Origin: Histomonas meleagridis 2922-C6/04-290x
Lineage: Eukaryota > Protista > Parabasalia
NCBI GenBank assembly: GCA_020184695.1
Contig: JAANOX010000045.1
Span: 62,001 to 126,000, forward strand
Reading direction: 5' to 3'
DNA length: 64,000 nucleotides
Positions 44,982 through 55,577 of this stretch are shown here, one piece after another (the first letter of the stretch is position 1; each line of letters begins with the position of its first letter). The notes beneath the pieces are model-generated. The model was not told the DNA's origin and did no database searches. It worked only from the letters and a program-made list of their open reading frames with translations. Both the position numbers and the translations under genes were made by a program.

Positions 44982-45159
44982 TAATATCTAAAATCTTTAT
45001 GCACAAACGAAGCATTTCTAACCAAGAACACTAAAAACAAGCTATTGAATATTCTAAATCAAATATCCCTTTTATGCAAATCTCTTAACTTCTTAACATT
45101 TGTAATAATGTCATCGATCATAACAACTAATCAATAAAGATTTTCAAGTATAATTTTGA

Positions 45160-45235
45160 AATTCAAAATTAATATATCTTATTTCAAATAAAATAAATAT
45201 TTTTAGCGTTAATATCAATTTCTTTTACAAGAATG
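45160..45235 (-). pseudogene. Ankyrin fragment ending at the same spacer junction (IDINAKN|IYFI*)
   Basis: Minus strand reads GAAATTGATATTAACGCTAAAAAT|ATTTATTTTATTTGA. Confidence 0.55.
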
Positions 45236-46060
45236 TTAAATACATTTTAACATGTTCAAAGTTTTCTGATCTCTTACTAAAAGAAACATAATTTTTGGAA
45301 TAAAATTTTTCACAAGGAAGTACCCTGATGTCGCTCCAATTCGCGTATCTATTATATTCATAAATTTTTGTATTAATTTTAAAATTTCAAAGCCGTCAAA
45401 AATTGAATGCAATTTCATGTATCTCGAAAAATAGAGTATCATGAAAATAATGAATGACTTAAAAACACTTAATAACTAAAATTTAGATAATAATTTAAAA
45501 AGATAAATGATTTAATAATAATTAATAAAGATATTTGAATTTAAAAATTATTAAAACCGTTTTGTTTCAATGAATTTATTTCTGTTATCTTATTTCAATG
45601 AAAACAGATTCCTTTTACTGGGATTGATATTTTTGAGTAAAAAGAACCATAACATTATAAATTAACAAATGTTTCGATATCAAATACGAGTTACACATTT
45701 ATAATTCTTCGGAGGAGTGAAATCTAAAAATCAAACTGTGATTCTCATTCATCATTTTTCTATCTATCATTGTTATTCGACTAGATAACAGTTGTAATAA
45801 ATACATTTAAAATATTCTATGAGTAATGTCATTTCTCGAAAAAAAGATGCTGATGTCTTCCTGTATATATTGTATATTTCATTATATATCCATGAAGCAA
45901 ATGAGGAACTTAATTATGGTCGTAAAGAACAACAATGAAATTTGTTTTCAGAATATATAAAAAAATCCATCTTTGAAGTATTCAAACCAATTAAAAAGCT
46001 GTTATTTCTGAATATCCCAGAAGAGACTCTATAAAATTTTTATTGATGTTAAAATAATAT

Positions 46061-46492
46061 TTACTTGAAATTTGACAAAATTAACTCTCTCATCCGATTT
46101 TTGATGCTACTAACTTTTTCCCAATAGGCATCTAATATTGGTTTTTCTGGTTCCTGACTTATGTACTTATCATAGTTAAAATTAACGCAATCCTCATACC
46201 TCCAATTCTCTTCTTCATCTTTTTCCGCAGCTGACTCAAACAGTTTTCTTGATAAAGTGTGAGCTTTAAATTCATACTTACAGTACTTATGGTCTAATAA
46301 TCTGAGATTTTTGTATAATTCACTTTTCATATCAATAGTTTTACCAATTAAATTAATGTCATTGCTTAAATTAAATTCAGGAGACAACCCATTGACTTTA
46401 AAGGTACCAGAGTATTTGCCGATTTTAACCTGGGCACACATCCGGTTTTTATTGATTTTGTGTGAAATGACTTTTTGAGTTATATTTGACAT
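46061..46492 (-). CDS. Hypothetical protein
   Basis: 143-codon ORF with ATG and natural-looking composition. No family recognised. Confidence 0.55.
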   Translation of the reverse strand: MSNITQKVISHKINKNRMCAQVKIGKYSGTFKVNGLSPEFNLSNDINLIGKTIDMKSELYKNLRLLDHKYCKYEFKAHTLSRKLFESAAEKDEEENWRYEDCVNFNYDKYISQEPEKPILDAYWEKVSSIKNRMRELILSNFK

Positions 46493-46732
46493 CTTATCGT
46501 GAATAAATGAATAAATTTTGATCGTCTATTGTAATCCCCTCTAATATAAGTTTTTATTTTTTACACTTTTTTTTAGTATTATTAATTCATCTTAAAAAAA
46601 AATAATCTACACTATTTAGCTTTGATCCTAAAAAATCGTCTTCTCAGTATAATTATCGTTTTTCAACTCAATAGTTGCAGGAAAAATATAGATTTTTCAT
46701 ATGAAAATATTTTTCATACATATAGTACAAGC

Positions 46733-46915
46733 TTATAAACCTATTTTGGCACCTTTTTCACAAAGAAATTTTTTTATTTCTTTGAAACCCAGCTTTTTAG
46801 CAATTTCAATAGCTGTTTCAAATTATTAAAACATATTCCATTTTGTTAAAACATGTGTAAATTTTTTCAAATGAATATTTTTTGAATTAACATCAATTCC
46901 TTTATCTAAGAGTAA
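46733..46915 (-). other. Interrupted ankyrin unit: KLLLDKGIDVNSKN, 60-nt spacer, then TAIEIAKKLGFKEIKKFLCEKGAKIGL*
   Basis: The spacer 46876-46817 contains TAA TAA in frame and shares both end motifs with the 3.3-kb array spacers. Confidence 0.75.
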
Positions 46916-47669
46916 CTTTTAATTTAAATAAAACAAAATACCTGAATGAATTATCGTTTTTTACTTATTCAAAAGTATTTTCACCATTTATATATATATA
47001 ATATAATAAACACATTGAAATATATATAAAATTAAAAAAACGATGATCTATAGATGATGTCTTAATCGAAAATAAAATAAATTTTATATGAAAAAATGAG
47101 TGTAAAAATGTTAAAAATATAAAAGAAAATATCATAAACATTCGGTTCGCGCTTATTGGATAGTTTGATAAATGGGCATCGGCAAGCATCTGCATATAAT
47201 AGAAACATAGTGTTTGGATAAACCGAGAGAATATTGATCTAAATTTACGGTACAAATTAATATGATTTATATATTAGCCATATTATTAAAACAAGAGAAA
47301 ATGTGAATCAATTGATTGAAAGTGGATTTTGTTCTAAAGCCTTCACCTATTAGTATTTCTGTAGCAAATTAAATGGGAACATTTATAATATATTTATAAT
47401 TATTTTCTATTATATATTATAATTATTAGAAAACATGTTCTCAATGAATTTTTTTTTAGATTCACATTTTTTATTACTTTTTCATACAATTGTAACCGTT
47501 TGAACTCAGAATTATTTTGAATGAACGGCCGTTAGTCAAAAAAGTAGGGGTTTTTCACTAAAATAACCGTATGAAAATAGACTTTTTATATGTATTTTAA
47601 TCGTCAACCCCTCTGAAATAACTGCCAACACAAAATTGAATGTAAAGCTAAATAAAAAACGATGTTACA

Positions 47670-48426
47670 CTATTTTATTCGAATCCGAATGATTTCAATG
47701 AGCTCACTCGGGAAATTATTATTGTTCAGAACAGCGACAAGGCGGTGGGGCATTGAATCAATGAGCTTGCGAATTCCAAGTTGGGAAAGATTTTCCCAAA
47801 CATGAAATGCAATATTGATTAAATCTTCTTCAGTTTGCGGCCCCAAGTCTTCAATCCTTCTCTTCACTATAGACCACAGGTTCTCAATAACGTTAAGGTC
47901 CGGGCTCATTGCAGGCCAATTTTGAACTCGATTGCAATATGTAGAACATGACAATTCATAAAGATTTATATGCGAAGCAATTGATATTATTGATCGATTT
48001 ATATAATATTAATTAAGTCAAAAATGAATTTTAATGGAACATTGATATAAAATTTGTGTTGTATTACAGAGACGATTAAATATTTCACAATATCCTAATG
48101 CTTGATCGTAGTTTAGTTTAATATATGATAATTGTTTTCTTTGATTCATTCTAATTAATTCAATGTATAATGTATGCAATGTCGATAACTTGCTATTTAA
48201 TAATATCTGTTTCATCATCTTTGCCAAATTTTATTTTTGTTCAAAAAACTTGGCGAAAATCGTAAATTATTCAAAATGAAATTGAATTAAAATATTTTAT
48301 CAGAAAACAAATTGAGAGCCATTTTTTGAATGCAAATTACACCTTATTCAAATTCCCCATAATGATTGAATTAGGCCTTTACTTTATGAATACTACTCAT
48401 TTAAATTTCCCACGGTTGTAGGATAG
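47670..48426 (-). mobile_element. Truncated Tc1-family remnant: C-terminal transposase fragment plus one TIR of the 31.4-kb MITE family
   Basis: NWPAMSPDLNVIENLWSIVK at 47670-47940. 48290-48426 matches the MITE TIR and ends GGATAG|TA. Confidence 0.7.
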
Positions 48427-48557
48427 TACCTTACACTCATCTCCAAAAATCCGTAACTTTTTTTTACATTTGAAAGAAATTCAATGGTTAATTTTTACGG
48501 ATTTTTGGTTAACGTACAATAATCAAAAAGTAGAAATAATTTATTGAATTACAAAAT

Positions 48558-49900
48558 TTAATGCAAAATGTTTGGGTGCTGTATTAGTGGGCTAATATTC
48601 TGCATCGGGTGTTGTATCGAGAACTTGTAACGACTTTCAATATCTGGGGGCGTCCGATTGACGAAAAATTTCGATATTTTGATAAAATCGTCTTCAAATT
48701 GTGAATGATATATCATTATCATATGGTCTTCAAAAAACGTCCAAGGGTTATCTGCACTCGAATAAGTTTGGTATTTTCTGAGATTAGTATCGATTGGTAA
48801 TTTATGACTGACAACTAGAAATTGTATTGTTTTATCATTATTGTCTAAACATGCAAGGATTCTCGCCCTAAATGAAAGAACAAGTTTGTTGATAGTACTC
48901 ATAGGAATTTAAATCTCAGCATTGAACAAGATATTGTATAACTTCATCTATATTTTTTGGGTTGTGCGCATTAACAAAATGTTTTAATATACCCCACAGG
49001 TTTTCTTTTGGGGAGAGATCACAACTATTTGGTGGCCAATTATTTAACCAAACGCACATCGCATTGAGAAAATCTTTCGTATAATAAGAGGTATGAGATG
49101 ATGCTCCATCTTGTTGCCATATTTATTGAAGTTGGCCAAAAATGTGATCAAGTGTGGGAAATACTGAATGAGTTTTTAAAATTTCAACATACTTTTTTGA
49201 ATCTTCGGTTTAATTAATAAAAATTAAATCGCTTTTATAATTGACCCCAATAGCTGCAAATACCATAACTCCTTTTGGAAATTTTTCTTTTAATGCTATA
49301 ATCTGATCTGAGGTTTCACCGTTTTTCCGCCAAACCCATTTCCCGTCTGACCTTAAACAAAACCGCGATTCGTCGGAAAAAATTATTTTGTCGTATTGGA
49401 AATTAAGGTCATTTGATATATTTGTTGAAAAATTTATGTGTTTTGATATTTGTTGTTAACTTAAATTTTGAAACACTTTACAAGGTTTCCAGTTATACTT
49501 AAGTTTGTGCCTTGCTCTATTTATTTAAGTCGGAGATAAAGGTAAAAAAATGATAATGATCTATCACTAATCGTCGGATCAGCAGACGTAAAAGCATCAA
49601 CTTGTTGCATCATTGAATCTGTAAGCTTTGTTGGCCTTCCTCTTTGTGCTGGAGTAGGACATTCTTTATTTTGTTTATAGTAATTTAAAGTTTTATAAAT
49701 TCTTTATTATTATTTCTACAATGACAAACATGTAAAATAAATTTTATTGTGTTCTCTTTGTTTTTAAGGTTTAAAATGTTCCATTCTTTGGATTTCGATG
49801 GGTCATATCCTTCGTATTACATCTAAATGACTTTTGAATTGCTATTTGGTCTTACGAATTTTTGGAAACAAGTTTATTTTTTTCTTAGCCGATTAAAGCT
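48558..49900 (-). mobile_element. Degenerate Tc1 DD34E transposase with an in-frame C-terminal Myb/SANT domain
   Basis: QRGRPTKL, FSDESRFCL, QQDGASSH...WPPNSCDLSPKENLW (D-34-E), then IPMSTINKLVLSFRARILAC continuing into PWTFFEDHMIMIYHSQFEDDFIKISKFFVNRTPPDIESRYK. Confidence 0.8.
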
Positions 49901-50050
49901 ATGATTTCTGTTCTCGTTTTGATCATATTTTGAGTCATTTGACAACCTGTGTCTTGCATGAACAATAAAAATGATGAATCAAACAAACATTGTCAATATC
50001 TCGGGCTGGGCTTTGTTTGACAAATTTTCATTTGAGAATTTTTAATTTTA

Positions 50051-53000
50051 ATGCTTATTTTGTTTATTCTTCATGCATCTCAAATTTTCATAGAAGAAAA
50101 CAACACGCTAGTTGTCAATGCAGCTGATATTTCACAAGGGACATACAAACAATATCAAGACAAAACAGAATTTATTAATTTTGTGGATGATGTCAATCTA
50201 TTTGAGAATTCAGCATTTAGAAATTGGCCTGCGTTAATTTCTGTTATAATTTCAAATTCAGTCGTTACCATTTCAGATTTCTCCTTTTATTCATGTAACG
50301 AGTTATCAATGATTACACTTTCAAATTCTGTAAAATCCATAGGTATTTCAACATTTCAAAAATGTACTTCTCTATTAAATATCACAATTCCAAATTCTGT
50401 AACATCTATTGGTTCTTCAGCATTTCGAGAATGTACTTCTCTATCAATTGTAACGATTCCAAGTTCAGTGACATCTATTGGTTCTTCAGCATTTCGAGGA
50501 TGTAATATTAATATTACATTTTACCAAATTCAACAACAAAAATTGAGAATGAATTGTTTTATTCTTGTCCATTGACCTCAATTACCATGAGTGATAATGT
50601 TGAGACAATTGGAGATTATGCATTTTTTGGTGTTGTTATTGACACAGAAAATTTCAAATTTCCAAAATCATTAAAATCAATTGGATTTTTTTCTTTTGGC
50701 TATTGTAATCATTTCTATTCACTTATATTTAATGATGGAATGAAGACAATTGGTGATTCATCATTTAATTCATGTTATAACTTAAAAACAGTAGTAATTT
50801 CAAACACTGTTACAGAGATTGGATCTTATTCATTTTATGATTGTCATTCATTAGAATCTTTAACCATTGGGGAAAATGTTGAAACCATTTGTGAAGAAGC
50901 ATTTACAAATTCTAATTTAACTGAAGTCATAATACCCAAATCAGTTAAATTAATCGAAAACAATGCATTTTCTTGTTATAGTCTTGAAAACATTAAAGTT
51001 TCAAATGAAAATAAATTTTATCCGAATCATCAAAATGATGGAATTCTTTATAATAAAGAAATAACTCAAATCGGATATTATCCAAAACGAAATAAAAAAG
51101 AAACTTATGAATTTCCTAATACAGTTACTTCAATTGGTAATTTTTCATTTTCTAAATATCCTTTTAATAAAATTATAATTCCGAATTTTGTAACTTATAT
51201 TGGTTATTATGCATTCGGTAGTAACCCTAATTTAACAGAAGTTATTATAGGAGAAAATGTTAAAATAATTGAAAATTTTGCATTTTCTGGTTGCAGATTA
51301 TTATCTAAAATTAGAATTCCTAATTTAGTTACCACAATTAATGAATATACATTTAGTGGTAATTCTAATTTAACAGAAGTTATTTTTGGAGAAAATGTTA
51401 ATATAATTAAAGAATCTGCATTTTCTTTTTGTGATTCATTAACTAATATTACAATTCCTAATTCAGTTACTGTAATTAATGATTTTGCGTTTTCTTTTTG
51501 TAGTTCATTAGTTAATGTTAACATTCCTGAATCAGTTACTTTAATTGGTGAATCAGTATTTAATAATTGTTTAAAACTTCAATTTATCAATGTATCAAAA
51601 GGGAACAAATTTTATTCTAATTATGATAATGATGGAATTCTTTATAACAAAAACATTACACAAATTCTTTATTATCCAATTTCGAACACAAAAGAAAAAT
51701 TTGAAGTTCCAAATTCTATAATTAATATTAATGATTATTTATTTTATCAATGCACAAATTTGAAAGTGATTATTATTGGTGAGAATGTTAAAACAATTGG
51801 AAATCATGCTTTTAGTTATTGTACTTCATTAACAAATATTCAAATTCCTCATTCAGTAACATCAATTGGTCAATCATTATTTTTGCATTGTATCAAATTA
51901 GAAACAATTATTTAAAGTGAAAACATTGATAAAATAGACAAAAATACATTTAATTATTGTATCTCATTAACGAAAATCGAAATCTCAAATTTAGTAACGT
52001 CAATTGGTATTTCAGCATTTTCATATTGTTATAATTTAGAAACAATTATTATGAATGATAACATTAACCAAATTGATGATTTTGCATTTTATAATTGTAT
52101 TTCATTAAGAAACATTAACATTCCTGAATCAGTTACTTTAATTGGTGAATCAGTATTTAATAATTGTTTAAAACTTCAATTTATCAATGTATCAAAAGAG
52201 AACAAATTTTATTCTAATTATGATAATGATGGAATTCTTTATAACAAAAACATTACACAAATTCTTTATTATCCAATTTCGAACACAAAAGAAAAATTTG
52301 AAGTTCCAAATTCTATAATTTCAATTAAATCTTTTTCTAATTCTTCGTATTTAACAACAATTATATTAAATAATAATGTGCGAATAATTAATGATTATAC
52401 ATTTCGTAATTGTCGTTCTCTAAAAGATATTGTTATTCCGAATTCAGTTATAACAATGGGAAAAAATTCATTTCAATATTGTGCAAAATTAGAATCAATT
52501 AAACTCAGCGAAAGTTTAACACGAATTAATGAATTTTCCTTTGATTCATGCGAATCATTAAGAAATATTATAATTCCTGAATCAGTTTCTCTAATATTTC
52601 CTTATGCATTTAGTTACTGTACTCAACTTGAAACTATTTCTATTCCAAAAGGTGTAATTCGTATTTATGATTATTCATTTTTACGGTGTTCAAATATTAA
52701 ATATATAAATGTATCTCAAAATAATAATAAATTTTCTAATTATCAAAATGATGGAATTCTTTATAATAAAGATATTACAAAATTATTGTTATATACAACA
52801 GGATCTGAAAATAATGCATTTATTACACCTGAAACGGTTCAAATCATTGGAGAATTTGCGTTTTATTCATCTCAAAGTCTTTTCACTTTAACATTGGGCG
52901 AAAATATAAAAACAATTAAAAGTTCTGCATTTCGTAATTGCATTAATATGAAATGTGTATATTTTCATGGTGTTAATGAACCTAATGTTGAATGGGACGC

Positions 53001-53298
53001 ATTTCTAAATGTAGGAACTGAAATTATTATGGTTCCAAATAATTACATATACATCCGAAGTTTATCTTTTTTGAATGTTTTAAGCGGTGAAATTGCTGAT
53101 GGTTGTCCAGATGATAAAGTCATTACAAGAAAAAATAATTACACTTCAAGAAATGTTTATGTGATTTGTTCTATATTTGCTGCAATTATAATTGTTGCAA
53201 TTTTGATTAGGGTGGTTGTTAGAAGACTTAGAAACAGAATTAATATAAAATTATTACCAAGTGATCCTCTAATGCCTCATGATGCTGATAAAAATTAA
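50051..53298 (+). CDS. Large BspA-like LRR surface protein (~1080 aa) interrupted by one frameshift (~50520) and one in-frame TAA (51913-51915)
   Basis: Signal peptide MLILFILHASQ, many TpLRR repeats and a C-terminal TM (VYVICSIFAAIIIVAILIRVVV). The LRR pattern continues across both breaks (ETII*SENIDKIDKNTFNYC). Confidence 0.85.
51520..52320 (+). repeat. Recent 204-bp internal duplication (51520-51723 and 52117-52320)
   Basis: The copies differ at one position (AAAAGGGAAC vs AAAAGAGAAC). Offset is 597 nt, in frame. Confidence 0.9.
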
Positions 53299-53785
53299 AA
53301 ACATTTAATAAAAAAGTAAATAGTCTGAGAATATATTCTTTTGTATCTTCTATATAATAACTCTACAAGAGATCTTTATAAAGAGTATTAATACTCTTTA
53401 TAATAACATTATTATATAGAACTCTTTATAATAACTACAAAAGAGAATATAAATATATAGATTTGTTTAAAAAAAATTAAAATAATGTTATAAAACTAAT
53501 ATGAAATTTTAGATTTTTTAGTATGATAAAAAATTGTATAACTTCGTTCGAATTCACAATTGGTCCGTACTGTGAAAAAAGAATTGTGAATAAAAGACGT
53601 TATATAACATCACCTTCATACAAATAACAAATATAACCGCCGGAATGAACCACCCTGTTAAAATTGAATGGCTTTCACAACTGTTACTTTTGTCGTACTT
53701 TACTGAAAATTAGGCCAAGATTTTTCATAAAAAAATGAGATATAAGAATAAAAAATAGCTCCCAAAGAATTGATATTTAATGACG

Positions 53786-54346
53786 TTAGGAAATATTACA
53801 ACAGCCTCCACTTCCTTGATTTGGTGATATTGATTTGACAATAGCTTTATCGAAAACTTCTTTAACTCCTTCGTTTTTGAGAGCTGAGCATTCTGCATAA
53901 TCAAACGCTTGAATTTGCTTTGCCATCATTACGCCTTCCTCATAGGAAACGCATTGATCTGGCGGTGTTGAGCTTCTTAAATCTGTTTTTGTTCCAACAA
54001 GCAATATTACCGGTTGCTTAGAGTTGAGCTTTACCTCCTCAACCCATTTGTTCTTAATGTTTTCGAAAGACGATCTATCAACAACTGAAAAACATAGCAA
54101 AAAAATATCTGTACCAGGGTAAGAAAGAGTTCTTATATTCTCTAATTCTTCCTGACCTGCCGTATCCCATAACTGAACTGGGTATTCTTGGTCGTTAACT
54201 TTAACTTTGCATTTGGAATTTTCGAAAACTGTTGGAACATAATCTAAAGGGAAAGTACCATTAGAGTATATGACGAGGAGGCATGTCTTACCGACAGCAC
54301 CATCGCCGACGGCAACTAGTTTGATTGGATCCCTACCGGACGACAT
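53786..54346 (-). CDS. Rho-family (Rac-like) small GTPase
   Basis: GDGAVGKT, YVPTVFEN, WDTAGQE, TLSYP, GTKTDLR and ECSA motifs. C-terminal GGCCNIS. Confidence 0.95.
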   Translation of the reverse strand: MSSGRDPIKLVAVGDGAVGKTCLLVIYSNGTFPLDYVPTVFENSKCKVKVNDQEYPVQLWDTAGQEELENIRTLSYPGTDIFLLCFSVVDRSSFENIKNKWVEEVKLNSKQPVILLVGTKTDLRSSTPPDQCVSYEEGVMMAKQIQAFDYAECSALKNEGVKEVFDKAIVKSISPNQGSGGCCNIS

Positions 54347-54950
54347 TCTGAGTAATCTGTTTCTGAGAAAGACGTTAGGAAGTTTTTGAGAATGTTGCTA
54401 ACAAAATAATTGAAAAGTTTTTGTTGGATTCTTCATTTCTGAAATTTACTTTATTGAGTGCTTATCTGGTCAGATAAGAATTTAAATTCTTATTCTTGAT
54501 TTAAATTTAAATTCTTTGATTGATTTGTTTTAAAACATGTACATGTTTTAGTGAATAAAATTAGTAATACTTAAATAAATGTTGTTACTTAGTAAAAAGC
54601 TAACTGATTTTTTATGATAAAAGTCGAATTGTACTAATTTTCATTGAAATTGCATCACAAATGTGGAGAAATATTCATTAAGTTATTTGAAAAAAAAATA
54701 TTATAAAATAGAAATATTAATAAAAGTTTGATAAATTCCTGTGAAAGATAAAAGCTTGAACTCATTGAGATATTTACGCATTTCATATTGAAAAAACGGC
54801 CTTTGTAAAATTATTGAATGCAATAACCGTGAGAAAAATAAACGTTTATTTTAAAGGTTTTCTGTGGCAGTTTGCAATTTTTCAGAAAAAATGATAAACG
54901 TCTTTTTATAAATTTTTGCCAACTTTACTTCAAATTTATGTTACAAATTT

Positions 54951-55484
54951 TCATTCTTTCTTTTCTTCTTTTTGTTCTGTGTGCTTGTGATGCGTTTTCT
55001 TCGGATTTGTTACATTTATGAGATCATCTTCTGTAAACTCGGCTCCACAAATAGGGCAAACATGAGTGTTTAGTTGAACCAATGAATACTCAAGGAAAAG
55101 ATGTCCACATTTAAATATTATGACCCATGAATCTTGTGTTCCTGGTGAAGGTGATTTACCAGATACAGGGCACACATATTCCAAGAGGTTTGGGAAGCCA
55201 AGTAAATCAACTTCTTTAAGGTTTTTTAAATGTCGGATATATTTGATTCGATTTGGAACTGTTCCTTCAGCAATAGCATTAAGTGCATCGTTCTTATTAA
55301 AAAATGTTCCAAATTTTGATACAAGTATTGGCGCATGTAAAGGAGAACCTGTTAGTGCGCATTCAACCCAACATGATTTCGAATATGATGAAGACCTTTG
55401 AGAATTTTCGACTCTTGCTTGTGTATTATTTTTTGTTTTAACCATATCAGGTCTATGTGTGATTAATCCTCCATCAAGTCCCAT
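54951..55484 (-). CDS. RTF2: Replication termination factor 2 family RING-like protein
   Basis: N-terminal MGLDGGLITHRPDMVK (family MGxDGGTIPxRxELVK), CALTGxPL, YVCPVS, KCGH and CPICG. Confidence 0.8.
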   Translation of the reverse strand: MGLDGGLITHRPDMVKTKNNTQARVENSQRSSSYSKSCWVECALTGSPLHAPILVSKFGTFFNKNDALNAIAEGTVPNRIKYIRHLKNLKEVDLLGFPNLLEYVCPVSGKSPSPGTQDSWVIIFKCGHLFLEYSLVQLNTHVCPICGAEFTEDDLINVTNPKKTHHKHTEQKEEKKE

Positions 55485-55577
55485 TTATATCCGAGTGTAG
55501 GTGGACGTTAAAGAACCCTGAAAAAATGAATGGTTTACATGAGAATTGAATAGCAGAAGCCGTTAAAAACTCATCAG

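Noticed and set aside
46965-47255. 96-aa minus-strand ORF
   Set aside because: Low-complexity F/I/Y-rich translation of AT-rich sequence with no domain evidence.
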